Of a DNA stretch of 64,000 nucleotides, positions 11,463-20,731 are shown piece by piece. The notes under the pieces are model-generated. The model was not told the origin of the DNA, did no database searches, and worked only from the letters and a program-made list of their open reading frames with translations. The first letter of the stretch is position 1, and every line of letters begins with the position of its first letter. Source of the stretch: an uncultured Planctomycetaceae bacterium (lineage in GTDB: Bacteria; Planctomycetota; Planctomycetia; Isosphaerales; Isosphaeraceae); NCBI GenBank assembly GCA_963833985.1, contig CAWIAD010000001.1, positions 3,392,001 through 3,456,000 on the forward strand, given 5' to 3'. The translations under genes and the position numbers were made by a program.

Positions 11463-11628
11463 CTAAGTGTGGTGGATTTGAAGTTCCTAAGATCCGACCG
11501 CAAACTCGCGTAGGAATTTCAAATCCAAAAACCACACTAGAATCATAAATTTGCTAGTGTCCCTTTGATCCCGAAGTTCGCATCAGAGGTTCGACAAACA
11601 CTTGCGAACTTCGGAATCGGGACACTAG
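11463..11628. repeat. Double-hairpin palindromic intergenic element with CTAG ends (REP/MITE-like)
   Basis: Hairpin 1 AGTGTGGT.GGATTTGAAGTTCCTA...TAGGAATTTCAAATCC.ACCACACT; hairpin 2 CTAGTGTCCC..CCGAAGTTCGCA...TGCGAACTTCGG..GGGACACTAG. Confidence 0.8.
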
Positions 11629-12161
11629 TGCTGCTTCATCGCGCCACTCGCCTTGCGGGCCGGCGGAGGGTTGGGGTTAAAGCGAGGATCGAGCTCGTTG
11701 TAGGCCGCTTCCGGCAGGCGCGTCCAATATTGGTTCTTTCCTAAGAGTGAAATGCCGAGATAGCCCCGCACGACGAGCGTTTGGCCATCCGGGGTCAAAG
11801 TCATCATGGCGCTGTAGATGTCGCCGTGACGCGGATCGAGGATGGTGCCGTCGGTATATTCGACGCCGTTTCGTTTCATGCCGCGGATGATATCCAGTCC
11901 GAGCCAGGGCCTGCCGCGGCGGTCGTCCTTGCACAGGTCGCAAACGACATTCGGATTGTCGCCAGGCTTCATGAACATCCGCACGATGGCGCCTTCATAA
12001 AGGCCGCCGTGGTCGCGAATGAGAAACCACGCGTTCGGCTGATGGGTGTCCTCATCGAGGGACTGCCATAGCCCAGCCGCGCTTGGCTCGGCGCCAAGCG
12101 TTTGACCGGCGCCGACGAGCAATAGCAGCACCGCCACAACCGTCAGGTGTCTCACTCGCAT
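11625..12161 (-). CDS. DUF2147 family exported protein
   Basis: Signal peptide, GLWQS, CDLCKDD, GTILDPRHG, LVVRGYLGISLLGKNQYW. Confidence 0.85.
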   Translation of the reverse strand: MRVRHLTVVAVLLLLVGAGQTLGAEPSAAGLWQSLDEDTHQPNAWFLIRDHGGLYEGAIVRMFMKPGDNPNVVCDLCKDDRRGRPWLGLDIIRGMKRNGVEYTDGTILDPRHGDIYSAMMTLTPDGQTLVVRGYLGISLLGKNQYWTRLPEAAYNELDPRFNPNPPPARKASGAMKQH

Positions 12162-12467
12162 CTTGCCTCTCCTAAGCTAGTTTGCCCGCGCTTTGGCCCG
12201 GCCGCTCGATCCGGTGGTGAAGTTATTCAATAAGCACCCAATCCGGCAAGCGGGGTCCGAACGATTGATGGAACCTAAGCGGCGCCAATATCGCCCGAAA
12301 ATGGTGGCCGGAGCATGAAAGGCAAGATATGACACGGCGCACAGGCTGGGCCCGCCGCCGCCGCACTTGTCGCATCGGCTCGATTTGTCCGCTCTTCGAG
12401 CGGCATCGCGGCGATCTTCGTCACCATGACGGCGCCGAGACAGGGGCTGAGAGGGAGAGAAACGCCT

Positions 12468-13399
12468 ATGGCGAACAAGATCATCATCAGCTGCGCGATC
12501 ACCGGGTCGATCCACACGCCGACCATGTCGGATGCGCTGCCGATCACGCCCGATCAGATCGCGACGCAGGCGATCGATGCCGCCGAGGCGGGAGCCGCCA
12601 TCCTGCACCTGCACGCGCGCGACCCGAAGGACGGCCGGCCGACGCCGGATCCCGAACGTATTCATGCAGTTCCTGCCGCGCATCAAGCAGGCGACCGACG
12701 CGGTCGTCAACATCACCACCGGCGGCGCGGTGACCATGACGGTGGAGCAGCGCATCTGGCGGCGCCGCTGCTGTCGCCGGAAATGTGCTCGCTCAACATG
12801 GGATCGATGAACTTCGCGCTCTATCCGATGGCGCGCCGATTCAAGGACTGGAAGTACGACTGGGAGGAGAGCTATCTCACCAACTCCGACGACTTACATC
12901 TTCCCGCAATACGTTTCGCGACATCGAGAAGATCCTCCAAGCTTCTCGGCGAGGGACACGGCGTCAAATTCGAGCACGAATGCTACGATATCGGCCATCT
13001 CTACAACCTCGCCCATTTCATCGATCGCGGCATGTTCAAGCCGCCGGTTTTCGTGCAGCTCATCTTCGGCATTCTCGGCGGCATCGGCGCCGATCTCGAC
13101 AACCTGCTGTTCATGAAGCGCACGGCCGATCGGCTGTTCGGCGATGAATATTACTGGTCGGTTCTCGCCGGCGGACGGCACCAGATGAACTTCGGCACCA
13201 ACGCCGCCATGATGGGCGGCAACGTTCGCGTCGGGCTTGAGGATTCGCTCTATATCGGCCGGGCAAGCTGGCCAAGAGCAATGCCGAGCAGGTGGCGAAG
13301 ATCCGCCGGATCGTCGAGGAGCTCGGTTTCGAGATTGCGACGCCGGCCGAGGCGCGCGAAACGCTCGGCCTCAAGGGCGCCGACCGCGTGAAGTTCTAA
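12468..13399 (+). CDS. 3-keto-5-aminohexanoate cleavage enzyme family (BKACE/DUF849); several frameshifts
   Basis: IISCAITGSIHTPTMS, AAILHLHARD, CSLNMGSMNF, NVRVGLED; frame changes near 12655, 12755, 12900, 13260. Confidence 0.88.
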
Positions 13400-13459
13400 G
13401 GAGCGGGTGCCCCGGCCTTGACCGCGATAGCTGCCCGAAGCTAAATCGCGGCCTTCAAT

Positions 13460-13534
13460 GGGCGGTTAGCTCAGCGGGAGAGCACTTCCTTGACATGGAA
13501 GGGGTCAGAGGTTCGATCCCTCTACCGCCCACCA
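13460..13534 (+). tRNA. tRNA-Val (GAC)
   Basis: GGGCGGT acceptor stem, anticodon arm CTTCC-TTGACAT-GGAAG, GTTCGAT T-loop, encoded CCA. Confidence 0.97.
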
Positions 13535-13670
13535 TCGCTGGTTCGCAGGACGAGAATGCCGGCGCACCCGGGGCCATGGCAGGCTAAAGAGCGATTGATC
13601 TAGATTGAATTGATTTCGCCGCAAGCAGCGGCCGGCAGGTCATCGTTCGCCACCAGCCGCAACCCGCTCG

Positions 13671-14084
13671 TCACATCCCTTCAGCCTTCTTGCGCTTGTT
13701 GCACGCGCTCCAATATTGCGGCCACTTCTGTCCGGGAGGAATCTTGCCGGCCGCCTTTTCGGCCTTCCACTCGGCGCCACAAGCGCGCTCACGAGCGTAC
13801 ATGGCCGCCCGTCCGCCGGACGGTTTGCAGCGGGTTGGTTGGTGGCGGCTGGCGGGGCCGCCGGTGGCGGGGCTGGCGGCGGGGTTTCAGCGGCAGGGGC
13901 GCCCTCGCGACATGCACTGCTTGCTGAAGTCGCGATACTTCATCCCGCTGGTCTGATTGTTCGCTTTCATGTCCTGCCATTGGGCGGCGCATTCCTTCAT
14001 GGTCTTGGCCTGCGCTGGAATGGAAACGGCGGCGGCGAACGCAGCAATAAATAGCCCCGACGCGATCAACAGATGGGTTTTCAT
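13671..14084 (-). CDS. Small secreted Cys-pair repeat protein with Ala/Pro linker (frameshifted)
   Basis: Signal peptide MKTHLL...AQA, MKECAAQWQ..FSKQC; second unit RERACGAEWK..WPQYWSACNK lies in another frame. Confidence 0.65.
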
Positions 14085-14144
14085 GGCGGCAATGCTCCTA
14101 TTAAGAGATGAGGCGCACGGTTCGGCGCCTTTCAATGACGGCGC

Positions 14145-14384
14145 TCACGTACCGGTGGCGTCGGTTACGCACTTCTTGGTGAAGCTTGTCTTCGCGGCGC
14201 CAGCGAGCTTCTTGTCCGCGGCTTGGGTCTCGCAGGCCGCTTGCGCGTCCTTGGTGCATTTCGTCATGAAGCTTGTCTTCGCCGCGCCGGCGAGTTTCTT
14301 GGCGGCGGCTTGATCCGCGCAGGAATCCGCCATCGCCGCGGTGGTCAGGCAAAACGACGCGAGAATAATTGCAATCGTCTTCAT
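14145..14384 (-). CDS. PsiF-like small secreted repeat protein
   Basis: Signal peptide plus two units of C..QAA.KKLAGAAKTSF..KC; good RBS (GGAGG). Confidence 0.75.
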   Translation of the reverse strand: MKTIAIILASFCLTTAAMADSCADQAAAKKLAGAAKTSFMTKCTKDAQAACETQAADKKLAGAAKTSFTKKCVTDATGT

Positions 14385-14439
14385 TATTTCCTCCCGCCTG
14401 GGTTATCGATATCAGCAAAATCGGGCGCGGCGCGTGATC

Positions 14440-14805
14440 TCAGGTCGGCTTGATCGTTCCGTTCGGCGACGCCTTGTCGACGATGTCCGGCAGGTACTGC
14501 GCCATGGTCTTGAGCGTTTCGTCGACCGGCAGGCCGAGCTTGCGCGCGAAATCCTGCACCTGGGAATTGCCGATGATCGCCTTCAACTGCTCCGCGGTGA
14601 TCGGCTGGTTGGCCCCGGGGCCGAGCCAGGACTGCACTTGGGCACCGAGACCGCCTTTTTCCAGCGCCGCAACGAGCCCGTTGAGATCGCGATACTGGGT
14701 TTGCGCCAGCACATTGTTGATCATCGTCGACAGGCCGCCCGATTCGGCTTGCCCCAGAAGGCTCTTGAGCATGTCGCCTAGTCCCAAACTATCCAACAAG
14801 CCCAT
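14440..14805 (-). CDS. YidB/DUF937 family protein
   Basis: GLGAQVQSWLGPGANQPIT, LPDIVDKASPNG. Confidence 0.85.
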   Translation of the reverse strand: MGLLDSLGLGDMLKSLLGQAESGGLSTMINNVLAQTQYRDLNGLVAALEKGGLGAQVQSWLGPGANQPITAEQLKAIIGNSQVQDFARKLGLPVDETLKTMAQYLPDIVDKASPNGTIKPT

Positions 14806-14958
14806 ATTCCGCTCTCCGTGGCCGCTATCACCGGCCGCCATATCACTGCGCAGAAACGACAAAGCTGCGCCGATGCCGTGTCAAAACCACGGGCGCACCT
14901 TAGTCGAAGCCTGTTCGTTGTACCAGAGGCCGACGCCCGGCTCCTGGCAATTTGTCCC

Positions 14959-15355
14959 TTATTTTCGCAGCAGCGAGTCGGGAACCTTGCCGCCGTTCTC
15001 GGCGAGCTTCTGCATGACTTGTTTGTGCAGCCAGATATTCATTGTCGCTGAATCGTTCTTGTCGCCGGTGAAGTGCAGTTCGTCGGCGAGCTCTTTGCGT
15101 GCCGTGAGGCTGGAGTTGAGGTTGAGAAGCTTCATCAGGTCGACGATCGATTTCTGCCAGTCGAGTTTTTCTTTATTGCTGGCCGCGAGTTTGGTGAGAA
15201 TGGCCTCGACATCGACGGTCGGCGCCGCGCCCGCTGCGGGCGGATGACGTGCCCGCTGGTGCCGCGCCCGGGGCGGCTGGTGCCGATGGCGTCCCGGCCG
15301 GGGCCGCGCTGGCGTGACCGAAGATTGACGATACGATTTTGCTAAGAATGCTCAT
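14959..15355 (-). CDS. DUF3597 domain protein (frameshift near 15240)
   Basis: MSILSKIVSSIFG, Ala/Pro linker, then LDWQKSIVDLMKLL..SATMNIWLHKQVMQKLAENGG in the next frame. Confidence 0.85.
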
Positions 15356-15407
15356 GATGCTTTTCTCCGTTATCCGTTATCAAATTCCGTCGTCAAAGAC
15401 GGCCTTT

Positions 15408-15518
15408 CAGCCCCCGACTTCCAGCCCCGGACTTCAGTCTCAGACTTGCAGCCCCAGACCTGGTTTTAGTGTCAGTGTTTTAGTTTCAGCGTTTTAGTGT
15501 CAGTTTTTTAGTGTCAGC
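15408..15518. repeat. Two adjacent four-copy short tandem arrays (~14-bp period)
   Basis: CAGCCCCnGACTT-like x4 (15408-15460), then GTTTTAGTGTCAGY x4 (15463-15518). Confidence 0.85.
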
Positions 15519-15581
15519 AATGTACGCGAATTGACCATAACGGTCCGATCCGACAATTCTTTGACATGCAAGAAGTTGCGG

Positions 15582-16124
15582 CTACGCCTCGTTCTTCGGT
15601 GTGATCAGGCCGAATGCGGCGATCGCCGCGAGCGCCAGTGAGATCAGCACATTGTAGCCGGCGAGCGAGAGGCCGAGAAGGCGCCAAGCCGCCTCGTCGC
15701 ACCGCACAACGCGGATCGACTGCAATTGATCCAGCAGCGGGCCTTTCGCGGTAAAATCGGAAATCGGGCCGGAACATTCGGTGGGGCCCGGCCACCAGCG
15801 CCATTCGACGCCGGCGTGATAGGCGCCAAGTGCGGCGCTGCCAAGCATCGCCACCATGATCGCAACGAAGCCGACGGTAAGCAGGGCGCGCGGCGCCCGT
15901 ACAATCGCGGCGATCACCATCAACAGCGAGAGCGGAATGACGATGTGGTAGGGCAGGCGCTCTTCGAGGCAGAGCGGGCAGGGCGCGAGCTTCAGGACAT
16001 ACTGGAAGTACCAGGCGCCAAGCAGCGTGGCGGCGCTGAGGACAAAGATCGCCAGCGCCGTCGCCGCAGCCGGCTCGCGGCGAAGTTGTTCGCTCCAGTT
16101 CGCCTTCATCGCCACTACGGTCAT
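15582..16124 (-). CDS. dsbB: Disulfide bond formation protein B
   Basis: PCPLCLEER, GAYHAGVEWRWWPGPTEC, VVRCD, LGLSLAGYN; four TM helices. Confidence 0.9.
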   Translation of the reverse strand: MTVVAMKANWSEQLRREPAAATALAIFVLSAATLLGAWYFQYVLKLAPCPLCLEERLPYHIVIPLSLLMVIAAIVRAPRALLTVGFVAIMVAMLGSAALGAYHAGVEWRWWPGPTECSGPISDFTAKGPLLDQLQSIRVVRCDEAAWRLLGLSLAGYNVLISLALAAIAAFGLITPKNEA

Positions 16125-16291
16125 TGGGGCAACGCCAGTGGAGAAAAACGCCGCCGCGGCTGCGCGGTCGCCGCACTTTGCCGATCCGGGAGGCGGATGC
16201 AAGCCCGGAACGCCAGCTTGGCCGGCGTGACCACGATAATTTGATTTTCTTTTGCCGTCTCGCGATAGCCGGCGATATAGATACCGGGCTG

Positions 16292-16450
16292 GGCGTCATC
16301 CGGAAAAGTGGTAGCCGGCTTTCGAAAAGGATCATGTCCACTAGAGCATGATCCGGAAAAGTGGTAGCCGTTTTCCGAAAAGATCATGCTCCACTAGAGC
16401 ATGATCCGGAAAAGTGGTAGCCGGTTTTCCGAAAAGATCATGCTCCACTA
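16292..16450. repeat. Three tandem ~54-bp palindromic units joined at CTAG (Rhizobiales REP-like element)
   Basis: CTAGAGCATGATCCGGAAAAGTGGTAGCCG(G)TTTTCCGAAAAGATCATGCTCCA at 16341 and 16394, degenerate copy at 16292. Confidence 0.9.
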
Positions 16451-16498
16451 ATAACGACAGGGCGACAATTGCTCCTGGTTTTGCAATTGGCGCTCCAT

Positions 16499-16583
16499 GC
16501 CCGTGTGGCGGAACTGGTAGACGCGCACGACTCAAAATCGTGTTCCGCAAGGAGTGGGGGTTCGATTCCCTCCACGGGCACCA
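16499..16583 (+). tRNA. tRNA-Leu (CAA)
   Basis: GCCCGTG/CACGGGC acceptor stem, anticodon arm CACGA-CTCAAAA-TCGTG, long variable arm, encoded CCA. Confidence 0.97.
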
Positions 16584-16766
16584 CAGCCAAAATCGACTTC
16601 TGATTTTCGACAGGGTGCGGACAGGCCGAAGCTTGCCGCCATTAGCTCATGACCTGCCGCGGCCCCGATTGGACCGCAAAAAAATCGCCGACGCCATCGA
16701 CGTCGTGCGATTTCTTTTACTGCTGGCGCTGCGGACCGCCGCGACAGCATTGAAGGACGCGACGTC

Positions 16767-17483
16767 TCAGCTCAAAAACTCGACACGGCCGTTATCGAGA
16801 TCGTAGCGTGCCGCCAATACTTTGACTTTGTTCGCCTTGATCAAATGTGAAACGATCTCGCTCTTGGTGGCGACCTTTGCGGCAGTTCGCTTCGCGCTTT
16901 CGCGAACCGCGTTTTCGACAAAGTCACCGGGCTTGCCGAAAACGGCTTTGGCAGCCGGGACGATGGCATCGACCATGGGGCCGATGGAACCCGGAAACGT
17001 CGCGTGATTTTCGACGACCGCACAGGCCGCGGCGACCGCCCCGCACTTTTCATGACCCATGACAACAATCAGCGGGACGCCAAGATGCTCGACGCCGTAT
17101 TCGAGAGTTCCCATCGTCGCGGTATCGACCATGTTGCCCGCATTGCGAGCGACGAAGAGCTCGCCCAATCCCATTCCGCCGAACAGGAGCTCTGGGGGAA
17201 CGCGGCTGTCGGAGCACGTGACAATCGACGCCCAAGGCGCTTGCCCGTTGGCCACCTGGCCGCGCTGCTTGGATAGCTCCACCGCGCAGACCTGAGGGGC
17301 GGTCACGTATTTCTCGTTGCCGGCCTTTAATCGCTCTATCGCCTCGTCCGCCGTGACGCTTGTCGTGTTGCCTGCCGCCAAGGCCAAGCGGCTTCCGAGG
17401 AGGCTGCCGGCGGCAACGCCGGCCGCCGATAGTGCAAGAAACTTGCGGCGGTCGAGCGCCAGTCGGTCACATTGAATGCACAT
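16767..17483 (-). CDS. Beta-class carbonic anhydrase with Tat signal
   Basis: DRRKFL twin-arginine motif; CSDSRVPPE, RNAGN, GHEKCGAV Zn ligands. Confidence 0.92.
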   Translation of the reverse strand: MCIQCDRLALDRRKFLALSAAGVAAGSLLGSRLALAAGNTTSVTADEAIERLKAGNEKYVTAPQVCAVELSKQRGQVANGQAPWASIVTCSDSRVPPELLFGGMGLGELFVARNAGNMVDTATMGTLEYGVEHLGVPLIVVMGHEKCGAVAAACAVVENHATFPGSIGPMVDAIVPAAKAVFGKPGDFVENAVRESAKRTAAKVATKSEIVSHLIKANKVKVLAARYDLDNGRVEFLS

Positions 17484-17653
17484 GCTTAACCCTTTGTTTG
17501 GAAAGCCGCCACGAGCGTCCATCTGGCGTTCGTGTGTTTAGCGTTCTCGCTAAAGGAACGTCCAGTGATTCCGTGTCTACGCTTTCCGTATGGCACCAAG
17601 CTGACATTTCGCTCCCGCGCCGCTGACGCTGCCCGCCACAAATGCTCTTTGGC

Positions 17654-18671
17654 TCAAAGCGTGCGGGCGGCCTCGACCATGTTCTCCATCTTGGCGCGCA
17701 GCACCGGAATGTTGCGCGATGGATGGCGGCCAAAGCCGCACGACGGCGATACCCAAAGCCGCTCTTCGCCGACAACTCTCGCCCAATCGGCGATCCGCTC
17801 GCGGATCTTCTTGACCGGCTCGATCCAGTAGCTGCCTTCGTCGACGATGCCGGCCGCGAGCTGCATGTTTTTCGGCATTTTCTTAAACGAGTCGCGCTCG
17901 ATCCACTGGAAAAAGTATTTGACCTCGAATGCCGCGATATCGACGACGCCATCAAGGCGCTCCAAAATATCTACCCACGGTGCGCAATGCAGCGCATGCG
18001 AGATCGGCCGGCCGCGCAGATTGCCGTTGCAGAAGTGCAGCGATTTCTTGGCCTTGACGCCTTCAAAACAGGGCGCGATCAGATCGGCGGCCTGTTGCGC
18101 GGTCATCATTCCCATGTTGACTTCGGCGCCGAAAATCGGGGCGTCGAGTTGCACGTTCGGGCATCCCTCGTCGGCCATCGCCCGCAATTCGCGATTGACG
18201 ATTTCGGTGATCGCCGGCATTTGCGGCGTTACGGCGTCGAGCTGGTCGCGGCCGGCGACGACGACCTCGTAGGGCGCGACCACGGCGGCTTTGCGCACGC
18301 CGCCCGGCAGCTTCTTTTCACGGCGAAAGGCTTCCAGATAACCGAGACCGTGAGGCGCGCGTGATCTTGCCGACGACCTTGGCGTGGGTCATGTCGTCAT
18401 AGTCGAAAACGTCTTCGGCCTGCGGCTTGTCGACGTCCAGGCCGGTCAGGCATTTGTGCATGTGCAGGATAAAATTGTCGGTTTGATATTCGCCGCCGGT
18501 CCATTCGTCGAAACCAAGATCGCGCTGCTCCTGGATCGCTTTGGCTGCCGCGCGATTGAGGATCGCCTCGCTTTCCTGCGGCGAACATTCACCCGCGTGA
18601 TGGCGGGCCAGATCTTTTTCCATCTCGGGGTGAAGCCACCAGGATCCGACAACGGTAGTGCGAACGGCCAT
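17654..18671 (-). CDS. Short MetE-like protein (cobalamin-independent methionine synthase II family); frameshifted near 18300-18360
   Basis: TTVVGSW, QEQRDLG..WTGGE, VQLDAP, LHFCNGN (HxC), SPSCGFG. Confidence 0.82.
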
Positions 18672-18731
18672 CTCAAGTCCTCCCTTTGCAGATTTTTGCG
18701 TGTTTTGAGAATTGCTATATTGCGGGCGTGT

Positions 18732-18757
18732 GTCCCCGGCCTTTTGCGGCCGGGGAC
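18732..18757. terminator. GC hairpin downstream of the substrate-binding protein gene
   Basis: GTCCCCGGCC-TTTTGC-GGCCGGGGAC, 10-bp stem, no clear U-tract. Confidence 0.4.
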
Positions 18758-18822
18758 GATTGCGGCGACCGATTTGCCAGGCGGCGGACGGGGCATAAAG
18801 CACCGTCGCACCACGAGGGCTG

Positions 18823-20028
18823 TTACGCCCAGCTGGTTTTCAGCTTGGCCGGCACGTAGTCGGAGTCGGGATAACCGACGCCGCCGACCGCGTGGAACCA
18901 ATCGCCCTGCCACTGGCCTGCGGTGTAGAGCCTGTTGAGCAATTGATTGCGCATATCGTATTCGCCGAGCAAGGTCTTGTAGGTATGGCTCTTGATGTGG
19001 GCGGCGATGGCCTCACGGTCCATCGAACCCGCGCCTTCGATCGCCTGCGTCAGCAGTTGGTTATTCGCGTAGTACAAAGGGCTGCCGTTGAAGTCGGCAT
19101 CGACGCCGGTGACTTCCTTGTGCAGCTTGTAGAAGGCGCGGGTGTCCGCGTTGTCCGGGACGCCGCCCCAGCCGAGAATGTTTTCCGCGGCGGCCCCGAA
19201 TTTTCCATGGTAGCCGGGGAAGGCGCAGCCGATGCCGTTGAAATATACCTTCACACTGAAGTCTTCGATCTTGGCCTGCTCGGTCAGGCCGAATGTATCC
19301 GGCGGATAGGACCAGGCGATAAAGGCATCGGGATTGGTCGATTTCGCTGCCTTGATGACCGGTGCATAGTCCTGCGTGCCCAGCGGATATGATTTGTTAT
19401 AGACGATTTCGAAGCCGGCCGCCGGGAACTGCGTCTTACTGATGTTGGAGATTTCGATACCATACTCGTCTGCCACATTGACCATGGCGACTTTGCTGCC
19501 GATCTGGCCGCTGGAACGGAATTTCTTGAGGATGCCAATCACGGTCGTGCTGTATTGGGTGAGCGTACCGTTGCCGAAAAAGAGCAGCGGATATTTTTTG
19601 ACCAGCTCCGGACCGAGTTCAGTGACGCAGGCGACCGGGATCTGCGGGTAGCCGAGCTTGGCGAATGTCGGCACCGCGGCGACGTTGAAGCCGGTGCCGT
19701 ACAGTCCCGCGATCCAGTCGACCTTGTCGATCGAAGCCAGGCGTTCGACGGCCTTGATGGACTCGGGAGGCTGCGTGCGGTCGTCGTATTCGACCAGCTC
19801 GACCTTGCGCTGCCCGTCTTTGAGTTTCAGGCCGCCATTCTGGTTGATTTGATGTGCCCACAGCCGCCACGGCGGGAAATGAGTGACCGCCGCGCCTGGC
19901 GCGAGCGGGCCGGTTTTGGGGCCGACCACTCCGACTTTGACGATTGTTTGATCCGCTCTCGCGGCACGAACGAATGGTGCAGCCAGCGCCGTGGCGCCAG
20001 CATATTTCAGCAAGTCGCGTCTGCGCAT
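18823..20028 (-). CDS. ABC transporter substrate-binding protein (Leu/Ile/Val-binding fold), Tat signal
   Basis: MRRRDLLK, VKVGVVGPKTGPLA, INQNGG, ELVEYDD, YPLGTQDY. Confidence 0.88.
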   Translation of the reverse strand: MRRRDLLKYAGATALAAPFVRAARADQTIVKVGVVGPKTGPLAPGAAVTHFPPWRLWAHQINQNGGLKLKDGQRKVELVEYDDRTQPPESIKAVERLASIDKVDWIAGLYGTGFNVAAVPTFAKLGYPQIPVACVTELGPELVKKYPLLFFGNGTLTQYSTTVIGILKKFRSSGQIGSKVAMVNVADEYGIEISNISKTQFPAAGFEIVYNKSYPLGTQDYAPVIKAAKSTNPDAFIAWSYPPDTFGLTEQAKIEDFSVKVYFNGIGCAFPGYHGKFGAAAENILGWGGVPDNADTRAFYKLHKEVTGVDADFNGSPLYYANNQLLTQAIEGAGSMDREAIAAHIKSHTYKTLLGEYDMRNQLLNRLYTAGQWQGDWFHAVGGVGYPDSDYVPAKLKTSWA

Positions 20029-20430
20029 TTCAGGCCTCCCTAGAGGTTTTGGCTTGTCCGGGGATCGTTGCCCCGTCGTTTGTTGGTACACGGACGCGTG
20101 CCGCATGGCGGCTTTTGTGCAGTCAGGGTGTACATCGCGGCAAAATAACGTAAACCGGGATATGGCGCACGGACATTCGCGGCCGTGGGCAGCGACGGCC
20201 CGATGCGGTGAAAGAGGAACATGGGCGAATGCAGTGGGCGGCGCTATGCTAATAGTGCAACCGCCGAGGATGGCGGGGCCTCGCCTTCATATTGGGGTCA
20301 GACCCCTCCGGAATAATGAGCGGCGGCCATCGCCAAGCTGAAGCCAAACCGAAGCCAAACCGAAAAAGTTCGTTGCCGAGGTCCGCATTCCCATCTAGGA
20401 CCAGCCACGCAGGAAGCCAGAAAGCCAGAA

Positions 20431-20637
20431 ATGTCAAAACAAACGATGCGCGACGAGACCGAACGTCTTGTGAGAGAGGCGTTGGAGCGGAAAACCGTCA
20501 CCGTCAAGCAAGGCAAGACCCGCATCGAGGCCAAATGCGGGAAGTGCGGAGCGCCCAATCGCGTCTCGGCTGCTCCCGGCGAAGTCCGGGTGGCCTATAC
20601 GTGCAAGGAATGCGGCGACAAACAACGGACCTTATGA
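20431..20637 (+). CDS. Small Zn-ribbon-like hypothetical protein
   Basis: 68 aa with CGKCG and CKECG knuckles. Confidence 0.7.
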   Translation: MSKQTMRDETERLVREALERKTVTVKQGKTRIEAKCGKCGAPNRVSAAPGEVRVAYTCKECGDKQRTL

Positions 20638-20731
20638 CGGCCGCCAGTCTCGCCACTGGTGCAACGCCATAACGGGCCGCCTTTCCTCGCCCCGGCCGGG
20701 GCGCGATCGTGATCAAACGGTTCACCGGGAA

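Noticed and set aside
15408..15518. CRISPR array or plasmid iterons
   Set aside because: 14-bp units without spacers, no rep or cas gene, chromosomal context
16292..16450. CRISPR array
   Set aside because: Units abut with no unique spacers, are ~54 bp, and no cas genes are present; fits a REP-like palindrome
13460..16583. Prophage or integrative element at the tRNA genes
   Set aside because: No integrase, phage genes or att duplication visible
18672..18822. SAM-II or B12 riboswitch upstream of the MetE-like gene
   Set aside because: Only a simple GC hairpin; conserved riboswitch motifs absent
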